This document shows positions 13,451-25,579 of a stretch of DNA of 64,000 bases, piece by piece. Where the stretch lies: NCBI GenBank assembly GCA_964016885.1, contig OZ024741.1:176018001-176082000 (forward strand). Direction: 5' to 3'. Within the stretch, counting starts at the first letter, position 1; every line of letters starts with the position of its first letter. The position numbers and the translations under genes are program-made. Under the pieces are notes generated by a model. The model ran no database searches and had not been told where the DNA came from. It worked only from the letters and a program-made list of their open reading frames with translations. The DNA comes from Eledone cirrhosa (lineage: Eukaryota).

Positions 13451-13609
13451 ACAACAATAATAAATAGGAAATAGGAAACTCATAAAAACAAACTATGATA
13501 AAACCTCTTTATATACATCATTATGAGTTTTTCCCAATGGAGTATAAATGAAAAGATATTTTGAATTTCCAACACGTGAGCATTCAACTTATTGACAATA
13601 TCTACTTCA

Positions 13610-14270
13610 TCTTCGCCCACTTATTTATGGGAGAATCGTGTGGGCAGAGTCCTTCTCAAACACTCTTAGCGAATCTGTCGGAAGCAAACATCTCTAACCG
13701 ATGCAGCTGGATCCCAAAGCGTGACCAGTGAAGCTCATGGATGTTATCCAACTATCTTGCACAGGGTCTACCTCTGGGTCTCTTGTCGGTTGGTTTTTGC
13801 CTGTAAAATATGTCCAGCGATTCTTTACTGAGTCATTCTAACCACATGCTCATAATATCGGAGTTGTGATCTTTCAATTCGGAGAAATAGCGGCTCTACC
13901 AGGAGTGACTCTCTGGTCTCTGAGCTATGCACTTTATCGAGTAACGTTACTCCAAAGACCCTTCGGAGAAATCCCATTTCTGCCGTTTTTATTTGCAATT
14001 GTATTCTTTTGGTCATTACTCAAGATTCACGATCTTCAGTAAGAGTTGGCAGGAATACCAGGAAGACAGCGAGTTTGGGTTTTCCACCTACCACTTCATC
14101 TGATTGCTGAGGCTGGCGCTTTACTGCATCAGCTTTTGCAATTCTTGCACTTAATTCAGCCTCCTGCATTCCATCACTCATGAACACGGCTCCAAGATAC
14201 TTAAACTTCTCTAACTGCTTCAGTAGAACTCCATTCACATGTATATTAATTTGAGGAATTTCTGTCCACA
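13610..14270 (-). mobile_element. RTE-type LINE 3' fragment
   Basis: KQLEKFKYLG; ELSARIAKA; TAEMGFLRRVFGVTLLDKV; RIERSQLRYYEHVVRM. Confidence 0.85.
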
Positions 14271-14429
14271 CGTCCATCACACAATGTGTTTGTGAATCTA
14301 TGTGTGTGTAAAAGGAAGGAAAGGGATACAAACATATATGTCTCTAACTTAAGAACAGTGACACACACACACGTCTCTAATTTAAGAACACCGACAAACT
14401 CATGCACGTGCACATACACACACTCTCCT

Positions 14430-14850
14430 ATTGCCACTCAAGAGCTTTGGCTCGGGCAAACATCCCCTCAATTTTGGAACTGTCTGGGTTGTCCAGAATT
14501 GATGGGAAAAAACTTGACGGTCTTACTTTGTGCTCCTGGTCAAGAGGCAGGTGCCTTACCTGGGATGTCCCAGTTAGTGACTTTTTTTATTCTTCCCACA
14601 TCCTGGATGCAGCGGTGAGGGCGAGAGCTACAGCATCCGCAGCTGAACGGATCAAAATCCAGTCTGTGGCGTTCCAGAGGTTTAGGAAAGTCGGGCTACT
14701 GACAGCGAGGTTCTTATCTTCACTGGCGGTTCGCCAAACAGAGGTAACTAGTGATGCTCGCAAGGGCACTTTGTTGTTCCAGCACCTCAGCCACGCCATC
14801 ATCCCAGGTAACGCCGCGAGCGTGTTGGCCTGTCTTGAAAATTATTAGAG
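14430..14850 (+). mobile_element. CRE-like non-LTR retrotransposon C-terminal restriction-endonuclease-like fragment
   Basis: DGKKLDGLTL.SW.RGRCLTWD...AAERIK...LFQHLSHAI..GNAASVL. A partial duplicate lies at 15729-15792. Confidence 0.7.
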
Positions 14851-15078
14851 AGGTTTCCTAGTGCTCCTCACTATATTGCTATCTTTTGTTCTGGTAGGGT
14901 CTCGTGTTTTTCATTAGCGTCTCGTGTTTTTCATTCTTTCGCCTGCATATTGTTCTATGGGGTCTAAGGTGTGGGTATTACGTGCTTGTGTATTTTTTCT
15001 CTTTCTTTTTTTTCTTTTTGCTTTCCTTTGTATATATTATATGTGTTAGTGTTTTCGTTCTCTAATCATTATATTAAA

Positions 15079-17424
15079 CTAGCAGAAAAACCACCCGTCG
15101 GGTGGTTTTCTGCTGGCATATATAGTGTGTATATTGATATTATACGCAAGTATATATGCATGTAGATATGATCAAATAAAATCGTACTTGACAATATACA
15201 CAGAAATTGAATGAAGACTGTGTTACACTGTCTTATGTAACCAGTAACTTAATCCATGATACATAAAAAAAATACGATATTATATATAAAATGAATTAGG
15301 AGAAAATTAGTGACAGAAATATATGAATATTTATTTAAACGATCGCTAACCGGAAGTGTTGACATTTGAAAATGTTAAAGAAGTGAATCTTTAAATAAGT
15401 AATAAAATATATTTAATGAACAGCCACGAAATTTAGTAGATAAATTATGTAATATTCATTCATTATTTATTCAAAGTAATCCAATTTATTTTACTAAGGG
15501 GATAAAAGGGGATAACAATTATAAACCGTACGCAGTCCAGCGTACGGTTTATAAAAAAGTGTTAAACTGTGTTGTTAATAAATAAAAAGTTCTACTTTTA
15601 CCCTCCCATTTCCAATTCACCGAACGCTATCATGACTGTATGTGTATGTTTGTGTAAATGTATATGTGTGAATGTGTGTTTGTGTGAATGTATGTATGTG
15701 TTTCTGTGAAAGTATGTGTATGTGCGTCACAGTTAGTGACTCTTGCTTCTTCCCACATCCTGGATGCAGCGGTAAGGGTGTAAGCTACAGCATATATATG
15801 ATATTTGTTTCTGTTTTCGTTCTGTAAGCATTATATTACATTTTTATACAAGTGAGTTTACAAAAAAAAAAGAGTTAAACTGTGTTGTTAATAAATAAAT
15901 AAAATGTTATACTTGTTTTACCCTCCCGTTTCTAATTCACCGAATGCTATCATGACTGTATGTGTGTCTTTGTGTAAATGTATGTGTAAATGTGTGTGTG
16001 TGTGTGAATGTTTTTGTGTGAAAGTATGTGTATTTATCTGAAAGTATGTCCGTGAAGGTGTATTTTTATAAGTTTGTGTTTGCGCGATTATAGTTATATA
16101 GATGTGTGTATGTGCGATTATAGTTATATAGATGTATGTATGTGCACAATCATAAGCGTCAGCATGTAGAAATTCATAATCAATCTATCTCTCTCATCAC
16201 AAACTCTCTCTTTTTATATATATGGTAGTTGAAGTGGTGGTGGTGGCGGCGACGATATACCGGAAGTCTAGGAATTTGTAACTTTGAAAATAAGTCAATT
16301 TTAAATTATTTATAAATACGAAATTTAGTTACGAAATTTAGTACATAAATTATGTAATATTGATTCATTATTTATTCAAAGTAATCGTACTTACTTTACA
16401 AACGGGATAAACAAATTTGTTCCGGATGTAGTCCCGCACTCCTTACTTTATTATGGTTAAGATTATAGGGGGCTCCAAGTTTCGAGTGAAGCTTATCAGA
16501 CGGTAAACCTGGCGGTTTCAGTTAATTTAAAACCTCAACTGTATAATTCATTATTTCTTATTGATCAACAACAGTGTCAATAGATCTGTATGATTGGCAA
16601 TTTTCAGGAAGGCACACTAGGAGATCAAATTTTATTGCATTCACTTTTACACTTTCGGGGGTTAGAATTGCCCTTTCACTGAACCATTATCCTTATATTG
16701 TGCACTGAGAATATGGGGAAACTTTGTATGTAGGTTCTTTCTCTGATTTTACCATTGTGCAAATAGGTGATAGATTTAATACACCATCATTGTCTACATG
16801 TAGCCATCCTTCTCCAAGTATTAATAAGTCTTGAATAAATTGTTCAGATTATGTATCACCATAGAGATATGCACGAATATGTGTTTCGTGTTGGAGCTTC
16901 AGTACTTGTATGCAGTGCCAGAGTTGTGATAATTTAAAGCATGCACGAACTTCATCAGGTTTTGTTCCCTTTGGAATAACTGGAAGGGTTTGTCTGAAAT
17001 CCCCAGATAGAACAACTGTCACACCTCCCATTAGAGAATCCTTGTTTTGAATATCTCGCAATGATCTGTCAATAGCTTTAGAGTAGAGACTCGCTTATGT
17101 ACCATTGTACATTCATCCCATATTATCAATTGGCATCTTCTGAGAATTTCAGCTCTTCCTGATATAACACATAAGATTTTCATTAGACCACATATCCAAT
17201 GGAAGTTTGGGCTGTACGGCCTCCGAGTAGAAGGGCTGTGGTGATGCTTGATGATGAAACTGCAATGGAAATTCTTCTTTGTTGACTAACATTTGCCAAA
17301 GGTATTGTAACAAATGTCTTTACAGTTTGTGTATCTAGAATTAATATTCCACCCTTCTCGTGCCTAATGGTGCCAATAACTGCTTCGTACGCTTCTCTTT
17401 GATGAGGAAGTAACTTTTTGTGTA

Positions 17425-17463
<39 letters not shown>

Positions 17464-17960
17464 ATGTGTGTATGTGTGTGTGTGTGTGAGAATACCCGAG
17501 TACTTGGATGTTACCCAACCATCATGCTGATGCATGTCGTAGGTTTATCATTCTTGCCTACGGTAAGATTGATATTTCACTCACATTCCCTACCATTTTG
17601 TAACCTTTACCGCTCCTCCAAGGAAAAGCAATATATCATTATTGCTGTATATATATATATATATATATATATCTACGCCCATAAACAGACACTGATTATG
17701 TAAAATGTTTCCTAATATTTCAAAACATTGAATGTACAACTTCTTTGAATCATGCGTAAGGGAAAACATATGGTTTTCTAAATGATAGAAGTTGATTTTT
17801 CTATTAATATACTTGATTATATTTTCTATGCAATTTATGCCTACACATCGAAATCTTCCTCAATAATAACTTTTTTCTTTTTCTTCAAACCCTTATATTA
17901 TATAAATCCATTGAGCTATTCCTAAAATAATAGCTCTTGAAAAACTGTTGATGCTGGCGT
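15079..17960 (-). mobile_element. Decayed Helitron with Pif1-like helicase remnants
   Basis: GGVTVVLSGDFRQTLPVIPKG (16849-17061); QREAYEAV..., AVSSS...LLLGGRTA (17183-17420); CTAG plus hairpin at 15079-15113. Confidence 0.8.
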
Positions 17961-18161
17961 TTTGTGTATGATATACTTTGTTAGAAAAGTGGATGAAGGA
18001 GCGTGTCTATATGAAGGAAACAAAACCGTTTTCTATATTGAGCTATACGTGTGCGCGTGCGTATAAGTGTGTATGTGTGTGTGCGTGTGTGTGTGTGTGT
18101 GAGTTATTATACGTCTATACGAAGCCAAGTGCATATGTGTGTGTATATAAAAGTAAAAGAG

Positions 18162-18203
<42 letters not shown>

Positions 18204-18391
18204 CAGAGCTGTGATGGGAAAAGTAGAGGTCTGTGTGCGTATTTTGTTGGTCTGTATCAGCTAAAGTGTCTATGTTTCTGATCATATGAGAGCCATAGGA
18301 ATCTAGGGATGATATGGTAATGGACGGGGTAAACGTGACGGGGGGGGGGAGCAAGGGGTAGTGAAGTAAGCACTAACATATATGTGTAATA

Positions 18392-19280
18392 TTAAAGAAA
18401 TTGAGGAGGAGAGTTGAGTCCATTAGGGAAACAGGGCCAAAGGCAGAAAATCAGAATCTGTTCAGTGTTGGCGCGCGAGCCCTGTGATCCGTGAAGTAAA
18501 ATGGCACCAAGTATTGAGGCATATAAAGAACACTGAGCTGGGGATCGGAATTGATGGGCAAGGAGATTATCTATACCGAGTCGTATGTCACTCAAATGTT
18601 CAATAAAACGGTTCGTCAAACGGCGCCCTGTTTGTCCGATATATAAAGACCCGCAAAGAGAACACCGTAGGGAATAGTGTACGCGGTTGGAGATGCAGGT
18701 GAAGGAGTGGTGGATACGGAATGAACTGTTGATGCCTGTGAGATTGGTGAGGTTGGAAATGAAAGGACATGTATTACTGCGGCGACAAGAACAAGGATGA
18801 TAGCCGGGTGGAGTCATAGGAGAGATGAACAAGAACTGCCTACCAGGAGGTCGCGGAGATTACGGGCGCGCTCAAACGTGGTGATAGGTGGGTTAGGAAA
18901 CAATTGAGCCAGATGTGAGTATGCAGAAGAAACGGAGAATATGTTGCCGGAAAGGTAGCGTGATGGAATGGTATGTGTGAGGGAAAGGAAGGTGGGTGAT
19001 GGGAGGCTGGTGGTACGGTCGGATTCATGGGCGCGAGTGAGGGCAGTTTCGACCAGAGTGGGGGTGGATATCCATGCTGGATGAAGCGGAAGGCCATAGG
19101 AAGGATATGTGTTTCAAAATCGTGGTCCTGGCTACAGAGCCGACGAAGACGGAGGAATTGGGAGTAGGGTATGGAGAATTTGGTGTGGTTTGGATGGGAG
19201 GAGGTGAAGTCGAAGTAAGGATGAGAGTTAGTAGTTTTGTAGAAAATGGAAGCAGAGAGGGTGTGGTGAGCGTGATCGAT
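18392..19280 (-). pseudogene. Penelope-like element fragment: RT thumb plus GIY-YIG with CxxC (Neptune-like)
   Basis: YKTTNSHPYFDFTSSHP..TKFSIPYSQFLRLRRLCS; FTCISNRVHYSLRCSLCGSLYIGQTGRRLTNRFIEH...GLN. Confidence 0.9.
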
Positions 19281-19325
19281 ATATATATATACATACACAC
19301 ACGCACACAAACACACACACACATA

Positions 19326-19446
<121 letters not shown>

Positions 19447-19667
19447 GGTGGTGCTGAGACCGGGGAAACTACAAATCAGGGAGTACTCTATGCATGGAGA
19501 GAAGGAGAGGGCTTATAGTGGGAAATTAAAAAAAAAAACAACCACGATGCCAAACGGTTTCGGCTTGTATTCAGCAAGATTAGAGACACTGTTCGCTTTT
19601 TATCTTCCTTCCACCCCACTTCCCCCCTCTCTCTCACTATATATATATATATATATAAAGGGTGTCC

Positions 19668-20450
19668 CTTAGCAATAGTTAATTTTCCGAAAGTTAAAAT
19701 TTGCTGCTCTCACCCCCTAATCCTGTTCTAATCAACAAAAACACGGTGTGTGCAAAATTGAAGTTGGAACATAGTATACGCAAAGATTAATTCTGTTCCA
19801 AAGCGGTATACTATTCCCTATCTCGACAATTTTCTTTTTTCTCCTTAGAGAAATTTATGTGAACACAATCAGGCAACCCCAGCAAATGTCTAAAAAAGTT
19901 CTAAATCAAATTTGCCAATAGTTAATTTGAAAATTTCCTGAAATAACATGAAAAACTTAAGAAATATTAGGTTTTCTTAATAAAGCATTCAACTTCTAAA
20001 AGAGAAACGCATTTTTATTTACAACAATAATTTCTATATATTGAATATTGAACATTATTTTTGCATAAGAGAGGATTTAGTGGCAGTTGGATTTGTTTTA
20101 CGGTTTACGGTAACGATCTGTCAAACAAATTGTTTCTCAATTTCATCTTTTGTGAGAATATTATTGTAATCCTGATTGAGTTTGACACCTCCTTCGGCAA
20201 TATCATTCACAACAATTTTTTTCTCAAGTTTTTCATGTCCACTTTTGTAACCATGTTGAAGGGCCTTTGGCGAAGAAAGCGGTGGTGGTAGAAAATCTCG
20301 TGAAGAAAGTTTTTGTACCAGGAGTTACAAAAGACGAAAACTCGATGTTTGTAAAGTCATTTTGGTGAAGAATGTACCTCATCAGTTGATTTTTTTCTTC
20401 TTTATCTTCTTAACGTTTGTCTGCTTCCAGCATGACTTGAGCAATATTTG
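19668..20450 (-). mobile_element. hAT-related (hATm-like) DNA transposon end with transposase C-terminal remnant
   Basis: Minus strand IVVNDIAEGGVKLNQDYNNILTKDEIEKQFV*QIV...RK. The terminus matches the MITE at 21499. Confidence 0.6.
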
Positions 20451-20648
20451 ACTTACCTCTCCTTTATCTCATTGATCTCCTTGCTCTCTTCTTTCCTTCC
20501 TCTCCTTGCTCTCTTCTTATCCTTGCTTTCCTTGTTCTCTTTTTCTTCTTGCTCTCCTTTTCTCCCTATATCTATGTATTTGTTTATATACATATACGAT
20601 GAGAAAAGGTGAGCAAAGAGAAATATGAAAGCAAGGATAGTAAGGAGA

Positions 20649-20716
<68 letters not shown>

Positions 20717-20722
<6 letters not shown>

Positions 20723-21415
20723 GGAAATCAGTAAAATCGAATCTCTGGCGGTTTGCAAGTAAATTCGGCCTACTTATATGAAGTGATGAGTTATCGAAGC
20801 ACTCGATAAGGTAGGGCCTTAGAGTAATAACATACGTTTAAATAGCTTGACAAATCGAACATTGTGGTAGGCTAAACTAACACACAATATATACCAAATA
20901 ACGATAGATCTAATCAGGTTGAGATGAGTACACCTGGACAGATCAAACGAACAATCGTTTAAAGTGTTTCTTTGAATCCGAAATCAAATATCAGACTTAC
21001 TTGAAGGGCAAGCTCATGGTATTGGTGATCGAACGTAGGATTCAGTTCATCAACAGGTTTTATCGCTCTTCCTAGGATCGGAGTGATAAATTATATGTTG
21101 CTGCTACATGCTGCTTATCGTATCTATAATTATCACGTGTTAATTCCGGCAAGGGAAATAACCCCCGGTCCCAGGCGGTTCATTCACAATGTTAGGGAAC
21201 TGAAATATTTTAAATTTCCGCTTATCATCATGATAAGCTCTCGACTAGATGTTATAAAACAAACACTAATAATTAACCAATCAACAGAATTGTCTAATTA
21301 AATTAATTAGTTAATTATTAAATCTAGGAGAATAATATAATTGGAAATCAGTAAAATCAAATCTCTGGCGGTTTGCAAGTAAATTCGGCCTACTTATATG
21401 AAGTGATGAGTTAGC
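20717..21415 (-). repeat. 620-bp unit plus about 77-bp terminal redundancy between (TA)n tracts, HHR-like motif at 20932-21058
   Basis: ttggaaatcagtaaaatc...gtgatgagtta at 20721 and 21341. Minus strand reads ACCTG-TTGATGA-ACTGAATCC...GGATTCAAA-GAAA-CA...TGTC-CAGGT. Confidence 0.8.
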
Positions 21416-21498
21416 AAAAATATATATATATATATATATTACTCTATACCGAGAACTTATTTCTCTCAGCTGTCAACCACATACGGATATATGTATAT

Positions 21499-21840
21499 TA
21501 GGGTGGCCCTTAGCAATAGGTAATTTTCCGAAAGTTAACATCTTTCTGCTCCCACATAGGTGTTTGCCCTATGCCTGCCGTCTGTTACCAGCTCTGCAAG
21601 TTGCCTTCCCCATTTTTTTATTGTCACTTATCCTTCTAATACCAAGAATATGTCTGAACAAGTTTTTAATTTAAGAGAAAATTATATAAGATAAAACATT
21701 TTTATCTGAAAACATGACTTTCCGGACGAAAACATGATCCGCTTGAGCTAAAGTTTTGCATAGATTGGTTTTCTTGTTAATTGAAACCTGATAGGGGGGG
21801 GGGGGCTAAACTTTTAGAAAGTTGAAAAGTAAGGGCCATC

Positions 21841-21843
<3 letters not shown>
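21499..21843. mobile_element. MITE with TAGGGTGGCCCTTA terminal inverted repeats
   Basis: tagggtggccctta ... taagggccatccta; the first 50 or so bp match 19668 onward. Confidence 0.8.
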
Positions 21844-21902
<59 letters not shown>

Positions 21903-21960
21903 AGGAGGTTATAGTTCACTTGAAGCATTGTGTAGAACGCTGGTTTGAGACTTTTATTTC

Positions 21961-21995
21961 CCTCTGAAGAAGAGATATTATCTCGAAAATTAAGG
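21961..21995 (+). ncRNA. Minimal type I hammerhead in a (TA)n-flanked fragment (21901-22110)
   Basis: CCT-CTGAAGA-AGAGATA-T-TATCTC-GAAA-ATTA-AGG. Confidence 0.7.
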
Positions 21996-22120
21996 ACGTT
22001 TAAAATAAATCTAAGGTAAAAGACGAATTGTCAACAATATCTTTTGCAATTGCATTCTTTTTTCTACGTCCATATCTGCATTGTTTTGGCTTTATTATAC
22101 ATATTCAAACGTTTATATAT

Positions 22121-22154
<34 letters not shown>

Positions 22155-22231
22155 TTGAAAAAAAGGAAAAGGATGACTTCACTTGTAATGTTAAAAAATT
22201 TGATTTAATTTCATAATATAAAATTATGAAA

Positions 22232-22420
22232 GGGCGGTGGATTGGCAGTATCGGTGGAGGGTCGGACGCCATGCTTTCCAGCATAGTTACGTCCCTTTAC
22301 GGTCTGAGTTCAAATCCCGTCAAGGTTAACTTTGCCTTTCATCCTTACAGGGGTCGATAAAATAAAGTACCTGTAATGCACTGGATAATTGCTGGCCTTG
22401 TGCCAAATATAGAAATAATA
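22232..22420 (+). mobile_element. Full-length SINE with TSD attatgaaa, inserted near the apex of a fold-back (22150-22490)
   Basis: GGCGGTGGATTGGCAG head, GAGTTCAAATCCC B-box and GCCTTTCATCC...GGGGTCGATAAAATAAAGTACC core. Further copies at about 24015, 27425, 30418(-), 33075, 34801 and 42775(-). Confidence 0.85.
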
Positions 22421-22518
22421 TTATGAAATTAAATCAAACATTTATTAACACTACAAGTGAAGTAATTCTTTTCCTTTTTTTCAAATATACGTAAGTGTAC
22501 CAAGGATCTCAGACATTT

Positions 22519-22577
<59 letters not shown>

Positions 22578-22587
22578 CATATATATA

Positions 22588-22927
22588 GTATAGATAACGA
22601 GGAATCAGTGATGCAGCAAAACACAATTTATTAACATATTACATATGTTTCTCTGACGATCAGCTCAAGGCAGGATCTGTTACAGATCGAACCTGACTCT
22701 GCATTCGCAAGTTCTTCAGATATGTGTTACGCTTTCAAAGCATTGCATCCGATGAACTCGCGAATGCAGAGTCAGGTTCAATTTGTAACAGATCCTGCCT
22801 TGAGCTGATCGTCGGAGAAACATATGTAATAAGTTAATAAATTGTGTTTTGATGCATCACTGATTCCTCGTTATCTATAATGATGTACTCTGCTCTGCAG
22901 ACCGCCCACGGACGCATTTTTACAACC
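22588..22927. mobile_element. Fold-back element (about 125-bp arms) with an HHR at 22635-22724 (-)
   Basis: Arms 22590-22714 and 22755-22879. Minus strand reads CATAT-CTGAAGA-ACTTGCGA...TCGTCAGA-GAAA-CATATG-TA-ATATG. A relative lies at 39720-39823. Confidence 0.8.
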
Positions 22928-22965
22928 ATACAACACATTTATATGCATATACATACATATATATA

Positions 22966-23777
22966 AAATAAGATGATGCATGACATACCTGACATAGTAG
23001 ATGGTGAAGATTCAGTCATGAAATATGTATAATAAAATATACTTGATCGCAGGAATATCTATTTTGTTAATATTTTGAATTAATATTAATAACTCTGGAA
23101 AACCTTTTTCACTGTTGGGTGCTTCCAATCTATTGTAAAACTCATTCTTTGATGTATTCATTGAACCTTGTGTAACTTTTAAATATATATATATATATAT
23201 ATTTATGGCAAGTAAGTATGTTTTGAAACAGTAAGTAGGTTTGAAATTATAAAATAGAATAGCTTTCACCGTATTTTTGACTAAAGGAATTTTAGCCTGA
23301 TAATGGGGTTTAGAACCCTCAGATAAATGGAAAAAGATGAGTATTGACGTACATGTACGTCAATACTCATCTTTTTCCATTTATCTGAGGGTTCGAAACC
23401 CCATAATCAGGCTGAAATTCCTTTAGTAAAAAATACGGTGAAATATATATATATATATATTTAAAAGTTAAACAAGGTTCAATGAATACATCAAAGAATG
23501 AGTTTTACAATAGATTGGAAGCACTCAACAGCAAAAGGCTTTCCAGAGTTATTAATATTAATTCAAAATATTAACAAAATAGATATTCTTGCGATCAAGT
23601 ATATTTTATTATACATATTTCATGACTGAATCTTAACCATCTACTATGTCAGGGTATGTCATGCATCATCTTATTCTATCTGATGAGGACGTACTTTTGA
23701 ACTTAACTCAGTATCTCTGAAATATGTATAATAAAATATACTTGATCACAAGAATATCTATTTTGTAATATTTTGAA

Positions 23778-23782
<5 letters not shown>
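22966..23782. repeat. Nested inverted duplication of two different small elements; HHR at 23672-23738 (+)
   Basis: Palindrome centre gacgtacatgtacgtc at about 23352. Outer arms 22966-23181 and 23461-23675. TATTCTAT-CTGATGA-GGA...TCT-GAAA-TATGTATA-ATAAAATA. Confidence 0.85.
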
Positions 23783-23855
<73 letters not shown>

Positions 23856-25579
23856 CATTTGCACACGCACACACATACTTATATTTCAGCAACAGCTGGT
23901 ATCTGGTATATTTACCACTTATTATTGGCATGAGCTATCATTTCCACCAAAAATCTGCAATTTATTTTTGTTATGTGCTAATGTCATATAAAATGCAATA
24001 TAGTGTCGTTATTATTGGTTGACGTTGCCTTTCATCCTTACAGGGTCGATAAAATAAAGTACCAGTAATACACTGGGTAATTGCTGGCCTTGTGCCTAAA
24101 GTAGAAACAGTTATTATTCTATAAAACCTCTGAAAGTTACCAATCAATAGTGTACTCCCATTACTGGCTGCTGAGCATGAAAATCACACACATATTCCAT
24201 AGTCTCCAACCGGTCTTAATCTTTTAGCACGCAAAAACAATAAGAGAAACAATTTTTAATATTAGAATTAAGGATAAGCTTTACATCCGATTAAATGCTA
24301 CTCTAATCTACGTCTTCAGATTACCTAAATGAATAGAACCACCCTACACACACAAAGAAGCAACACCAAAGAGCCAAGTATACTAAGTATTAAATCATAG
24401 AGATGCCTATGTTTTGATTGCAAACATTCATAACGAATAGAGCCGAACGTCAGGGTGGGCCATGTAAATAATGTTTCTATCGATATTTATATTGGTGGTT
24501 CTATCTGCCAGTCGCAACTCCTGGTAGAATAGGAAACGTGAAAATAATGTATTTCACTCAAGTATACCAATACCACCACGTCCAAGAATTGAATGGAAGA
24601 CCTTATGATCGTGAGAATGGCACCCTAACCATGAAGCATAAAGTCATCCTTTATCATTAATAATGGAAGTTACAATCTGAAATATCAAGAATTATTTGAG
24701 ATGTAAAGATTTTCCATTTTGGACATAATGAAGAAGAAAGAGTAAACTGGGAGGATTAAACAGAGACTGACCTTCTAAACTATCAAACCATTAATGTTAA
24801 GCACCTAGATAGAAACAAATATAGTCGCTAGCTATCTTCAGATCTAGCCCCAAAGCTTTTGCCCTAAAGATCATTTTTATTTTCAATCGTTTAACGCCAA
24901 TGAATGTCGGATAAGTTCTGGACTGATGAGTATCTGGACTTGTGATATGCTATCAGTTTTGTGTATTATAGATAGATAGAATGAGCCACCAGTACTTATT
25001 ACATTCAGTATGATGCAGATATTGCGATAGAATATAATCTATTTATCCTCTTGTTTATACAACAATGCCCTATCGACTAAACGATTTGAATATCGGCTGA
25101 AATAAATAACACATGCATTTTAATGAAATCAGAAATTACTATAAATTAAACAAACAATTTTATATGTAAAAGAAAAGAGAATTTTATAAGGAACAAACAA
25201 AACATCACTTGATTCATAAGATAGCTGCTTACGATATAAAAAATATCATTTTACATTGATAAGGTTAATAGTTAATGCATCCATTATATAATGGTTTTAG
25301 CAAATTTTAATTAATTTATAGATTATTTGAGTGGTTTTATATAGATTTGTAAGAAATATAAAACATATTTAAACAGATTATTCTTCAAATCAAATCCAAA
25401 TGTCTTGAAATGATAATCAGATTCAATATCAACGTAAGAAATACCATATTTGACATTGCTTTGTTGTTTATTTTCTCTCTGATAACACCCGTGCTAGGCT
25501 ATCGAGTCGTAACTAGCCATGCCATAAAAACAACATAACAGGGTGAAAAATATATATAGTTCAACTTCATATTTAATGG

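Noticed and set aside
23380-23420. ctgagggttcgaaaccccataatcag as a hammerhead
   Set aside because: Core spacing is wrong; it reads as a simple hairpin.
24923-24960. CTGATGAG followed by a short stem
   Set aside because: No GAAA, stem III or stem I, so it is not a hammerhead.
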